Assembly (NCBI GenBank): GCA_016788825.1
Contig: JAEUSD010000003.1
Coordinates: 757 to 64,756, forward strand
DNA length: 64,000 bases
From: Candidatus Doudnabacteria bacterium
GTDB lineage: Bacteria > Patescibacteriota > Dojkabacteria > J137 > JAEUSD01
Direction of reading: 5' to 3'
Positions within the stretch are counted from its first letter, which is position 1. Each line of letters begins with the position of its first letter. The translations under genes were made by a program, and so were the position numbers. This document shows positions 18,378 to 27,187 of the stretch, one piece after another. Under the pieces are notes generated by a model. The model was not told the DNA's origin, made no database searches, and was given only the letters and a program-made list of their open reading frames with translations.

Positions 18378-19094
18378 ATGATAAACAAACCTCGTATAGA
18401 TTACTACAACACTCAGGAAACCTTTCCTGGAAGGGCGGAGGAAGCGCTGGAGTTTCTGCAGGCACTAAGTATAGATATTCCTAATCGCGCTCAGATACTC
18501 GATCTTGGGTGCTACTTGGGGTTAACTACGGTAGATTTCGCTCATTTACTTAGGAACCAAGATGTTTTTGTAACCGGTATTGATCTTGATATCCACCTAC
18601 AACCAGATGGAAGTACAAATCCTGAAGTAACGGAATCAGTACAAAAGTATATGCCAATCAACCCCAAGATAAGCTCAGCCTTCTGTGTAATTAATGGTAA
18701 TATGGAACAGTTTGGTTATCTACAGGGGCAAGGCTTTGATCTAGTACTTAATCTTAACTGCTTATCCTACGACTACTATCATAACAATGATAAAGACTTC
18801 GCAAGAAATCCTCAAGCAATTATTCAGCGGATGGGACCAACTATAGAGAATCTGAATGAAGGGGGTTACTTCGTTTTGTGGACTGAATTTTCTTTTGCTA
18901 CCAGATACGTTCTTAAAAAGCAGGGGGGCAAACTTATAGTCGCAATGGATTTTGCGAAATATGCCGAATACTTGCATAAGAAATACCCGAATCATCCAAT
19001 TGACTATGAGGAGGCGGTAAATAGAGATCAAGCAGATGCACAGTTTGCATGTGATGTTTTGAATAACTATTTTGCAGCACACAGCGACGCCTAG
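18378..19094 (+). CDS. Class I SAM-dependent methyltransferase-like protein
   Basis: 238 aa with motif I-like ILDLGCYLGLTTVDFA and a D-loop VTGIDLD. The identification is weak. Confidence 0.4.
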   Translation: MINKPRIDYYNTQETFPGRAEEALEFLQALSIDIPNRAQILDLGCYLGLTTVDFAHLLRNQDVFVTGIDLDIHLQPDGSTNPEVTESVQKYMPINPKISSAFCVINGNMEQFGYLQGQGFDLVLNLNCLSYDYYHNNDKDFARNPQAIIQRMGPTIENLNEGGYFVLWTEFSFATRYVLKKQGGKLIVAMDFAKYAEYLHKKYPNHPIDYEEAVNRDQADAQFACDVLNNYFAAHSDA

Positions 19095-19516
19095 CCTTCT
19101 AGCATCTCCTTCATCCCTTTCAACACTCCCGTCCAGTTGTCTTCTGAATGCTTGCGTGACTCTTCGTCTTTGCAACCTTCCTGAATCACGGTAAGTGTTG
19201 TTTTCCCTGGTTCTGTGGATTGCAGCTCGTACGAGATATTGTTGTAGTTTTCTGGCTTATTTTCAGTCCCACCTACGCTGCTCCAGTAGCTGTAGCTAAT
19301 CTTAGTTTGTGGAGTGACCTCGAGAACCTTCCCCTTATCCTCGTATCTTTGGCCTTGCCATTCACCTGCAAAAACAATATCTGAACCTACCTGCCAGTCG
19401 GTGATCAGGTCAGTTCCAAAGAAGTACTGTTTTACGATCTCTGGCTTGGTGAGTGCGTCCCATACTTTTTCGATTGGCGCGTTGATTTCTAGTGTAACTC
19501 TTGCTGTTGATGACAT
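19091..19516 (-). CDS. SRPBCC / Aha1-like (activator of Hsp90 ATPase homolog) domain protein
   Basis: 141 aa. VTLEINAPIEKVWDALTKPEIVKQYFFG is the typical AHSA1/polyketide-cyclase SRPBCC N-terminal signature. Confidence 0.65.
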   Translation of the reverse strand: MSSTARVTLEINAPIEKVWDALTKPEIVKQYFFGTDLITDWQVGSDIVFAGEWQGQRYEDKGKVLEVTPQTKISYSYWSSVGGTENKPENYNNISYELQSTEPGKTTLTVIQEGCKDEESRKHSEDNWTGVLKGMKEMLEG

Positions 19517-19577
19517 CGTAGCTTATTAAAAATTTATCATACATATATTATCATTTTAGTCTTTGGTAGAATAATGT

Positions 19578-19979
19578 ATGCAGACTTACATTACAGTTTT
19601 AGCGTTTGTAGTGAACGCCGAAGGTCGTTACTTGCTGTTGCAGCGGAGCCCGGAGAGGCACGAACACCCTAACGTGTGGAATGTTGTGACGGGTTATATC
19701 AATGAAAGAGAGTCTGTCGAGGCGGCAGCTGTGCGTGAAGTTAAGGAGGAGACCAATCTTGATACAGAGATTTTGATTGTGGGAAAGCCAGAGTTTAGTG
19801 ACGAAGAGGATAAAAGGTGGGTAGGGTTTCCGGTTTTACTAAGGGATCTGGGCAGTTCGGGCTTTGAGATGGATGAGGATGAGTCTCAGACGTCGAAATG
19901 GGTAACTAAGGAAGAGTTTTCACAAATGGGCCTCAAATGGCTTGCTGAAATTTTGCAGAGACTCAAGGCGCAGCCTTAA
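19578..19979 (+). CDS. NUDIX hydrolase
   Basis: 133 aa with Nudix box GYINERESVEAAAVREVKEETNL (GX5EX7REVXEEXGU pattern). Confidence 0.8.
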   Translation: MQTYITVLAFVVNAEGRYLLLQRSPERHEHPNVWNVVTGYINERESVEAAAVREVKEETNLDTEILIVGKPEFSDEEDKRWVGFPVLLRDLGSSGFEMDEDESQTSKWVTKEEFSQMGLKWLAEILQRLKAQP

Positions 19980-21045
19980 ACTCGTCGTTGGGGTAGAGGG
20001 GCACTGTGAGTTCTTTTGTAGCGAGTTTAGGCAAGCCGAGGAAACTGATTTTGATTTCTGTGGCTTCTATGGCGGAGATTTGGGCGTTTTCCACTTTGAG
20101 CTGTAGCATGGTTCCAGTCGATCCTTCGGGGACAAAATAGAAGCCACAAACCGCAAAATTGCCTAGCGAATAGAATATTTGCTTTCCGTTGTAAACCTCC
20201 GACTCTTGGCGTACATGGGGCCCGCTGCCAACAACCAGATCTGCCCCATTATCAATAAACAAGCGGGCCCATGACCTTTGGCGACTGTTCACAACCGTTG
20301 TGTTCTCTTCACCCCAATGAGGGTAGACGATTACGTAGTCTGCAGATTCACGTGCGGCTCGAAGGCTAGCGATGATCCTTGCTTGATCAAATGTTGCGGT
20401 CCCAGCGCTAGAACTTGTGGCGGCGGTAAACCAATTCTCAATGTCGTTCATTGAAATAAGGGCGATCTTGATACCTTCAAATTCAATGTACCTTGGCTGT
20501 AGCGCCTCGTCCATATTTTTACCGCCGCCAAAGTGGACTATTCCTGCGTCATCTAGCAGTTGCATCTGCTCAACCAACGCCGTGCTACCAAAGTCCATAG
20601 AATGATTATTTGCGAGCGACACGGCGTCCACCCCCACCTCTGACATCCACTGAAGTGCTTCTAGCGGAGCCTTGAATGTGTAGGATTTCCCAGGCTGAGG
20701 TGCACCTGTATTGGGAGCAGAAAGGTTTGTCTCCAAGTTACCAATTAGAAGATCACATGCTTCCAGATCCTCCATCACATAGGTGTAGGGTTTCAGACCT
20801 TTGTGTAAGTCTTGGGTATAAGTTCCTAAGTTATTGTCCCCAGTGATACAAATTTTCTTAGGCTCGGGTGGTAATGGAGGCTCAGTCGAAGTGGTGCTTT
20901 CGGTTTGAGAAGCTTGATCAGTTGGCGGTGTCGTAGTGGTTTCCGGTGTTCCGGTGGCTGAAGTTTGACTCAGTCCCCACAGGGCAATAATTAAGCAAAA
21001 CACAGTAAAGACAGCGTAGAAAAGAACCTTTTTCGAAATTTGCAT
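19963..21045 (-). CDS. capA: CapA/PgsA-family metallophosphatase (poly-gamma-glutamate synthesis-like), secreted with a Thr/Pro-rich linker
   Basis: 360 aa with a signal peptide and a TPETTTTPPTDQASQTESTTSTEPPLPPEP linker. CapA motifs are present (DLLIGNLE, SLANNHSMDFG, VYPHWGEE, SLGNF). Confidence 0.75.
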   Translation of the reverse strand: MQISKKVLFYAVFTVFCLIIALWGLSQTSATGTPETTTTPPTDQASQTESTTSTEPPLPPEPKKICITGDNNLGTYTQDLHKGLKPYTYVMEDLEACDLLIGNLETNLSAPNTGAPQPGKSYTFKAPLEALQWMSEVGVDAVSLANNHSMDFGSTALVEQMQLLDDAGIVHFGGGKNMDEALQPRYIEFEGIKIALISMNDIENWFTAATSSSAGTATFDQARIIASLRAARESADYVIVYPHWGEENTTVVNSRQRSWARLFIDNGADLVVGSGPHVRQESEVYNGKQIFYSLGNFAVCGFYFVPEGSTGTMLQLKVENAQISAIEATEIKISFLGLPKLATKELTVPLYPNDEFKAAP

Positions 21046-21120
21046 ATATCAATTTAACAAAACTGCGAATTAAATGCATGCTACAATTTCTGCGCGACTA
21101 AAGCGCCCCGCGCCGCTACA

Positions 21121-21192
21121 GGTCACGTAGCCAAGCAGTAAGGCAGCGGTCTGCAAAACCGCTATACGCGAGTGCAATTCTCGCCGTGACCT
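21121..21192 (+). tRNA. Atypical tRNA-Cys(GCA)-like cloverleaf embedded in an 18-19 bp leader/trailer hairpin
   Basis: Acceptor ggtcacg/cgtgacc. D-arm gcc-aagcagtaa-ggc (no GG). Anticodon stem gcggt/accgc with loop ctGCAaa. T-arm gcgag-tgcaatt-ctcgc (G at position 55). Flanks cgcgccgctaca / tgtagcctggcgcg pair with each other. A TACAAT box lies at 21082-21087 and a ttttg tract follows the hairpin. Confidence 0.4.
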
Positions 21193-21295
21193 GTAGCCTG
21201 GCGCGGAGCTTTTGCTTCAAATCCTTTTTTTGTAGTTGAAACTTAACCCAAACTAGAATAATATAACGTAACATTTAAATTCTTATTTATCTAAG

Positions 21296-21880
21296 ATGAC
21301 AGATAAAACGATTAAGTTTATTAAGGAAACACGTGCTCGTTATTTGATCGGGGCTTTGGCCGCACTCGCAGCTTTGACATCTCTTTTGGAGTTAACAAGA
21401 GGCGCTAGCTTGATCTCAATTGTTGTAGGTTGGGTTGTCGGAATGGCAATTGCAATAGGAGCGTACTATCTTTCAGCTAAAATCTTTGTGATGGTTGTGA
21501 GTAGTGAGAAGGTTACTGGCTCAGAGTTCAACAGCTTCAAGGCATTCTTGACTTATGGGGTTGTAGGGCAAGCCTTGAGCGTTGTTACTGGGATTCTTAC
21601 AGCTGGTGTCGGTGCTGCATATGTTGTCGGAACAACTTATACAAGGGCTTCAGGCGCTGCTGCTTTGGGAGCTATCGGGGTATTCGGTGGGGTATTACTT
21701 TTGGCCTACCTAGGAATTTTGCTTTTCTTTGTAAGTGTGATTGCCAAGATCAATCAGGTTTCTTGGTTAAAGGGATGCTTAGGCTTGATTATTTCCACCA
21801 TTATAATCGCCGTGCTAGTTGCAATCCTAGGGTTTATCGGCATTAGCGGCTTGGTAGGAGTAGGATTCAGCGCATTCTAA
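21296..21880 (+). CDS. Gly/Ala/Val-rich integral membrane protein (possibly Yip1-like)
   Basis: 194 aa with about 5 TM helices and small-residue-rich helices. No catalytic motif. Confidence 0.4.
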   Translation: MTDKTIKFIKETRARYLIGALAALAALTSLLELTRGASLISIVVGWVVGMAIAIGAYYLSAKIFVMVVSSEKVTGSEFNSFKAFLTYGVVGQALSVVTGILTAGVGAAYVVGTTYTRASGAAALGAIGVFGGVLLLAYLGILLFFVSVIAKINQVSWLKGCLGLIISTIIIAVLVAILGFIGISGLVGVGFSAF

Positions 21881-21926
21881 AACAACCGAAACACTGCTGT
21901 TTAAATAAATTCTTAGATAATGAAGT

Positions 21927-22391
21927 ATGTTTAATGATATAAACGAGGTTCGACTTTTGGGTAATATAACAAATGAACCTGAGTTGAGATTTACCCCAAA
22001 CGGTTCTGCAGTGCTTTCCTTTGGGATGGCCACAAACCGTCGCTACAAAAAAGGTGAAGAATGGGTAGACGATGTGACCTACCACAATATTGTGATCTGG
22101 GGCCAACGTGCTCAATCTCTGGCTCCGAGAGTCAAGAAAGGGACTAGATTGTTTGTATCTGGAAGACTGCAAACCCGTAGTTGGGAAGGTCAGGATGGTA
22201 AGAAGCAATATAAGACTGAAATCGTATCCGATGAGGTTAGCTTGGTATCTCGATACAACGAAGGTCCTATGGCTCCTGCCGATGTAGCCTCGGCGACCGG
22301 TATGAAGTCAGCTGCTTCTCTGGAACAGCCAGCTCCAGTAGATGAAGGAGTTGCTGATGTGGAGATTAATCCTGATGACCTGCCCTTCTAA
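21927..22391 (+). CDS. ssb: Single-stranded DNA-binding protein
   Basis: 154 aa with an OB-fold N-terminus (VRLLGNITNEPELRFTPNGSAVLSFGMATNRRY, W/F aromatic pattern) and an acidic C-terminal tip ending DDLPF. Confidence 0.9.
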   Translation: MFNDINEVRLLGNITNEPELRFTPNGSAVLSFGMATNRRYKKGEEWVDDVTYHNIVIWGQRAQSLAPRVKKGTRLFVSGRLQTRSWEGQDGKKQYKTEIVSDEVSLVSRYNEGPMAPADVASATGMKSAASLEQPAPVDEGVADVEINPDDLPF

Positions 22392-22403
22392 CGATACAGG
22401 TTT

Positions 22404-23363
22404 ATGATTGTGCTAGCCTTCTCCTGGATAACCTTCTGGGTTCTCAATTTGCTATTGAATGGGAGGCTGTGGTTGTGGGAATTGTTTAGTATTGTTCCAG
22501 GGTGGTTTTGGGGTGCATGCGCTTTCGCATTAACTATTCTCAGTATCCTCTTTGGGGACTTCGCAGCCGTGATAATTCTGGTGCTTTCCACCCCTCTATG
22601 GTGGCGCAGTCTAGACTTCCATTGGCAGGTTAAAGAGAGTAGCCGCATGAACACAGAAACCAAACAGTTGAGGTTCTTCAATTGGAACACTGAACATTGG
22701 TTTTATCCACGGACCAAGCAAGAACACATCGATTACCTACTCAAGGCACAGGCTCAGGTATATCACCTTCAAGAGGCGTGGTCTAAGGACCATGAATCCT
22801 ATAATGCTGAATTTGATCTGCGCGACCACTTCCCAGGTTTCCAGATAGTTCAGTCTCAAGAATTGGTCACGATGACGAGCCTGCCCATAACCGGCCATCG
22901 CTCAGAAGTTCCTTATCTTCGTGTAGATGTAAAGTTAAATGGCCACGTTGTGTCTTTTTATAACGTGCACATTTCAGTCCATTTAAGGCCCAAGCTGCTC
23001 AAGATCTCACTGCGCACGTTTCTCGGGGATATCCGAGCCAGATTCTATAAACGTAAAGAAGAGTATGCAAAACTGGCTGCGGAGCTTGCAAGTAATCCAA
23101 ATCCAAAGGTGATAAGCGGAGACTTCAATACTACAGCTTTCATGCCAATTTTGCAGCAAATATATGCAGGCAAAAGCGACGCTTTTGCCGCCAATCACAA
23201 AGGCTTCGCCGCCACATTCTATGCCTCATACACTTTTCGGTGGTGGAGGATAGATTATGTATTGGGAGAAGGGGTGGATTTTCACAGCTATAAAAGCGTT
23301 GACCCGCTTAAACTATCAGACCATTGGGGACAATTTGTGGAGCTCAGTCCCACCCAAAGCTAA
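22404..23363 (+). CDS. Membrane-anchored endonuclease/exonuclease/phosphatase (EEP) family protein
   Basis: 319 aa with 3 N-terminal TM helices. The EEP catalytic motifs are present (N-terminal FNWNTEHW, ISGDFNT, IDYVL, SDHW at the C-terminus). Confidence 0.6.
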   Translation: MIVLAFSWITFWVLNLLLNGRLWLWELFSIVPGWFWGACAFALTILSILFGDFAAVIILVLSTPLWWRSLDFHWQVKESSRMNTETKQLRFFNWNTEHWFYPRTKQEHIDYLLKAQAQVYHLQEAWSKDHESYNAEFDLRDHFPGFQIVQSQELVTMTSLPITGHRSEVPYLRVDVKLNGHVVSFYNVHISVHLRPKLLKISLRTFLGDIRARFYKRKEEYAKLAAELASNPNPKVISGDFNTTAFMPILQQIYAGKSDAFAANHKGFAATFYASYTFRWWRIDYVLGEGVDFHSYKSVDPLKLSDHWGQFVELSPTQS

Positions 23364-24351
23364 TCTTACGGCTGGGTCGATACCTCAATTGATAAGCGAA
23401 TACCAGTGCTAAGTACACTGCTAGAAACCCACCCTGAGCCAATCTACACTCAGCACAAGCTTGCCCGAGATTCTGGGTGCAAAAAGAAACAAGTGCTTCA
23501 CCAGACATAATCGTGGTGTTTGGCGCGTGACTATAAAGAATAATTGAGATCACCACAAGAAGTGTGATCGAGATCGCAATATTCTGAAGATTGAAGATGG
23601 TGATAAGTTTCTGCGTATAGAACATCCGAAAACCTACGTAGAAAATGATGCCGAAAGTAAATAGCGTCGTCACTAAGATATCCAACTTACTGAGGTCGAT
23701 CATCTGGCTTCCCATGTAAAAGCCAGAAAGAATGAGCAGCAAAGGAGATGCTTTTTCCAGCAACCGGATGACTGGTTTGGATTTGGAAATAATCACTTGA
23801 CCCACTGCCCCTGTTAAGATCAGAGTTAGGGGTATGCTGGCTAATCCCAGTGCAAATAGCAGGGCTTTTGTCAGTCCGGCAGTTCCTACGGTAAGCGTCG
23901 AGAAGTAGGGTAGTACGCAAGGTGAGACAGCCACCACGATCGGAAACAGCAATCCAATGGCAAATGGGTGAGAGAAACGATTGATAACTTGGGGGGTGAT
24001 AAATCCGATGAGTTGCATGGCTCCGGCAGTGATGAGCATCACCCCCAACAGTAAGCGGACTCCATTGATAATTAGGCTGTTGGATAAGATGTGTAGACTA
24101 ATGCCAATACCAACGAAACTCAAGGTGAAACCAGCCAGGAACAGCGCAATATCTTTCCACTGCTTGTTGCCTTTGCTTCCCCAAATACCAAACCTGTACA
24201 ATAAAATCGGGATCAAAGGCAAAACGCATGGTGTGAGCGCAGATATTACACCCGCGACCAGCGCTGACTCCTGTTGGGAGATAAGATTGTGCAGAAAAAT
24301 GTTAACGTCCATGTTGTGAGATGAGGTGATAGGCAAGGATTGCTCCTGCAA
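23344..24351 (-). CDS. ccdA: Cytochrome c biogenesis CcdA / DsbD-TM-domain thiol-disulfide transporter with an extra C-terminal membrane region
   Basis: 335 aa with Cys-containing TM motifs ALTPCVLPLIPIL and VAVSPCVLPYFS (the CcdA signature). About 100 additional residues with 3-4 TM helices lie at the C-terminus. Confidence 0.65.
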   Translation of the reverse strand: MQEQSLPITSSHNMDVNIFLHNLISQQESALVAGVISALTPCVLPLIPILLYRFGIWGSKGNKQWKDIALFLAGFTLSFVGIGISLHILSNSLIINGVRLLLGVMLITAGAMQLIGFITPQVINRFSHPFAIGLLFPIVVAVSPCVLPYFSTLTVGTAGLTKALLFALGLASIPLTLILTGAVGQVIISKSKPVIRLLEKASPLLLILSGFYMGSQMIDLSKLDILVTTLFTFGIIFYVGFRMFYTQKLITIFNLQNIAISITLLVVISIILYSHAPNTTIMSGEALVSFCTQNLGQACAECRLAQGGFLAVYLALVFAYQLRYRPSRKISFGWD

Positions 24352-24829
24352 TGTTTACATTCAAAGATTGTCCCTTGCCAAACATTGGAATATGGACTAG
24401 ATCATCACATAGGGCTAGGTTCTTCTTGTAGATTCCAAGTGCCTCATTCCCAAGTACCAGAGCTACTTTCGCGGGGTAAGCGATATCCGAATATAGCTGT
24501 GAGTTCGTGTCTATCTCTACACCAACGATTTGGTATCCATTTTGCTTCAATTGTGCAACCGCATCGCTAAACTCCGCAAAGTATGTCCAGGGAACACTGC
24601 GTTCTAATCCCCTGGCTGTGGTATTGAGCTGCGGGTGTGGCGGCTGAGGCGTCTGCCCTGTCAAAATCACCTCCGCCACACCCGCAGCGTCAGCCGTGCG
24701 AAACAACGATCCTACATTGATGGCATCTGTGACATCTTGAAGGACGAAACATATCTCTGGTCGTGACACTTTGGCTGCGTAGGCCTGGTTTAAGTGTTTG
24801 ACTTGTGTTTTGGATAAAAGCTTTGACAT
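24302..24829 (-). CDS. SpoU/TrmH-family RNA 2'-O-methyltransferase
   Basis: 175 aa with SPOUT motifs (VALVLGNEALGI; IPMFGKGQSLNVNIAGAILAYHL). Confidence 0.75.
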   Translation of the reverse strand: MSKLLSKTQVKHLNQAYAAKVSRPEICFVLQDVTDAINVGSLFRTADAAGVAEVILTGQTPQPPHPQLNTTARGLERSVPWTYFAEFSDAVAQLKQNGYQIVGVEIDTNSQLYSDIAYPAKVALVLGNEALGIYKKNLALCDDLVHIPMFGKGQSLNVNIAGAILAYHLISQHGR

Positions 24830-24883
24830 TGGCTTGTTTTACCGCAATATTTTATCAGATTATGTTAGAATATTCGCACGATT

Positions 24884-24958
24884 CGGGGTGTAGTTCAGTT
24901 GGCTTAGAACGCTCGCTTTGGGAGCGAGAGGTCGTGAGTTCGAGTCTCGCCACCCCGA
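24884..24958 (+). tRNA. tRNA-Pro (anticodon TGG); CCA not encoded
   Basis: Acceptor cggggtg/caccccg. D-arm gttc-agttggctta-gaac. Anticodon stem ctcgc/gcgag with loop ttTGGga. T-arm gtgag-ttcgagt-ctcgc. Confidence 0.85.
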
Positions 24959-25039
24959 AATCCTACTTTCTTGTCGGTCGTTAAACATTATTCACCCTTT
25001 TAATCTTGATCTTCCTCCACGTAGTCGGTACCATATAGG

Positions 25040-27163
25040 ATGCCCAGTTTGACTAAGCTCTTTTCTCCCAGTTCAATCGCGGTTGTTGGTGTATCAGCCG
25101 AAACGCACAAACTCGGATCTGTAATAATGCAGAATATATTGTCTGCGGGTTTTGCAGGGCCGGTGTATCCTGTTAATCCCAAATATGAAGTAGCCATGGG
25201 TGTGAAGTGTTACCCCAAGGTGTCCAAAATCCGTGGAGACATAGATTTGGTGGTGATTGCTGTGCCGGCGGAGTTTGTGCCGGATGTGATGCGGGATTGT
25301 GCAAAGAAGAGGGTGGAGTATGTGGTGATAGTATCCGCCGGCTTTAGAGAACTAGGTCTCAAAGGATTGAAGCTTGAACTTGAAGTGAGACATATTGCCG
25401 AAAAGTTTGGGATCCGTGTATTGGGGCCAAACTGTCTGGGGCTAAGCGTATCTGCTACGAAGTTGGATGCTACTTTTGCGGCCATGCAGCCACTAGGGGG
25501 GAATATTGCCTTTCTATCTCAATCTGGAGCTTTCAACTCTGCAATTTTGGACATGGCTGCGGCTCGAAACGTTGGTTTCTCACACTTTGTTTCTATGGGA
25601 AACAAAGTTGATCTGAACGAACTGGATTTTGTGGCTGAGTGGCTCAAAGATGATAATGTGAAAGTAATTGGAATGTACTTGGAGCAGTTTTCGGACGGGA
25701 AAGACTTACTTGACTTGATAAAGGCTCACCCTTACAAGCCTGTGGTGATATTGCACCCAGGGGAAACTGTTGAAGCTCAAAAAGCAATGAATCTTCATAC
25801 TGGGGCGTTGGCCGGGTCGTCTGCAATTGTGCGTGCGGCTTTGGCCCAGGCGGGGGTGATCCAGGTAGACAGTTTGGAAAAACTGTTCCATTCAATGTGG
25901 CTGCTTAGCCTGGGCCGTGATGTGCATCAGGGACGTGTGGCGATCATTACAAATGCTGGCGGTCCTGGGGTAATGTTAACCGATATGATCGCCCGTCACG
26001 GGTTGTCTCTGGCAGAACTCACAGTGGAGACCTTGGACAATTTAAAGCGAGTTCTGCCCCCAAGCATCACCCCTCACAATCCTGTAGACTTGGTGGGCGA
26101 CGCGTTGGCCGAACGCTACGACAATGCGCTCAAAGTCGTCGCCCAGGACCAAAACGTGGATGCGATATTGGTCGTTTTGACTCCACAACTTGTAACTCAG
26201 ATTGAGGAAACAGCGAGGGTTGTGGCACAGCATTTTCGTAATTCTAAGAAGTTAATAATTCCACTGTTCATCGGGGGCGTGTTTGTAGAGGCGGCAATAA
26301 CCAAATTTAATGCGGAGGAGATCCCAAGTTTTATTTTCCCCGAGCAAGCTGTAAACGCACTTGCGGCTGTTGCTCGCTTTCATTTACCCAAGCAGACAAA
26401 GAAAACGATTAACCTTCATAGTAGGACGTTCACATCTATTGCTAAGCATACTCACGCTGTCGCACGGTTTACCCGTACTACTCCAGTTGCACTGCCCCAA
26501 GCTCTCACCTTTGAGTTAGCTAAAGAAGTGGAGCTAGATCTTCCTAAACAAACCATCGTTGATAGTTTCGATTCTGCTTTGAGTTTTGTGTCCGAAACGC
26601 ATTTTCCTGTTGTGCTAAAAGCCTTGGCAGAGGATATTACCCACAAAACAGATGTAAAGGCTTTATACACAGATGTTCGTAGTGTAGCTGAGCTGCACGA
26701 GGCTTTTTTTGCTCTGGAAGGTCAGTTGCAGAGAGTAAGCAAGAAGTCCAAACCAGCAGTGCTTATCCAAGAACAGATCAGGGCGCAGGAAGAGGTGTTA
26801 ATCGGGGTTAACCGTAGTGGGGATAGCCGTGTTTATGAGCAGGATGGTTTGGGGTTTGGACACGCGTTGGTGTTTGGCAAGGGAGGGATTTACACAGAAG
26901 TTTGGGGAGACGTAGCCATGGGTTTGGTGCCAATGACGAAAGAACAGTTACTTGAAATGATCCACCGTACGAAGTTATCCAAAGTCTTGCATGGAGCTCG
27001 AGGGAAAAAACCGCTTGCAGTAGACAAGATAGTTGACACACTACTCAAAATTCAAAAACTAGTCCAAATGTATCCCCAAATCTCCAGTTTGGATATAAAC
27101 CCAGCGATGGTAACCTCTTCTCGTTGTGTGGCGGTAGACCTCAAGATTTTCGTGCAAGAGTAA
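25040..27163 (+). CDS. acd: Acetyl-CoA synthetase (ADP-forming), fused alpha-beta (NDP-forming acyl-CoA synthetase)
   Basis: 707 aa with an N-terminal CoA-binding Rossmann (PSSIAVVGVSAETHKLGSVIMQNIL), a succinyl-CoA-synthetase-like ligase domain and a C-terminal ATP-grasp. Confidence 0.85.
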   Translation: MPSLTKLFSPSSIAVVGVSAETHKLGSVIMQNILSAGFAGPVYPVNPKYEVAMGVKCYPKVSKIRGDIDLVVIAVPAEFVPDVMRDCAKKRVEYVVIVSAGFRELGLKGLKLELEVRHIAEKFGIRVLGPNCLGLSVSATKLDATFAAMQPLGGNIAFLSQSGAFNSAILDMAAARNVGFSHFVSMGNKVDLNELDFVAEWLKDDNVKVIGMYLEQFSDGKDLLDLIKAHPYKPVVILHPGETVEAQKAMNLHTGALAGSSAIVRAALAQAGVIQVDSLEKLFHSMWLLSLGRDVHQGRVAIITNAGGPGVMLTDMIARHGLSLAELTVETLDNLKRVLPPSITPHNPVDLVGDALAERYDNALKVVAQDQNVDAILVVLTPQLVTQIEETARVVAQHFRNSKKLIIPLFIGGVFVEAAITKFNAEEIPSFIFPEQAVNALAAVARFHLPKQTKKTINLHSRTFTSIAKHTHAVARFTRTTPVALPQALTFELAKEVELDLPKQTIVDSFDSALSFVSETHFPVVLKALAEDITHKTDVKALYTDVRSVAELHEAFFALEGQLQRVSKKSKPAVLIQEQIRAQEEVLIGVNRSGDSRVYEQDGLGFGHALVFGKGGIYTEVWGDVAMGLVPMTKEQLLEMIHRTKLSKVLHGARGKKPLAVDKIVDTLLKIQKLVQMYPQISSLDINPAMVTSSRCVAVDLKIFVQE

Positions 27164-27187
27164 GAGTGGATGTGTTAGTATCAGGTT

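Noticed and set aside
21121-21192. Reverse-strand reading of the tRNA-like element (anticodon would be TGC, Ala)
   Set aside because: On the minus strand the D- and T-arms do not form standard stems (5-bp D-like stem, 3-bp T-like stem). Only the plus-strand orientation gives a 7/3/5/5 cloverleaf.
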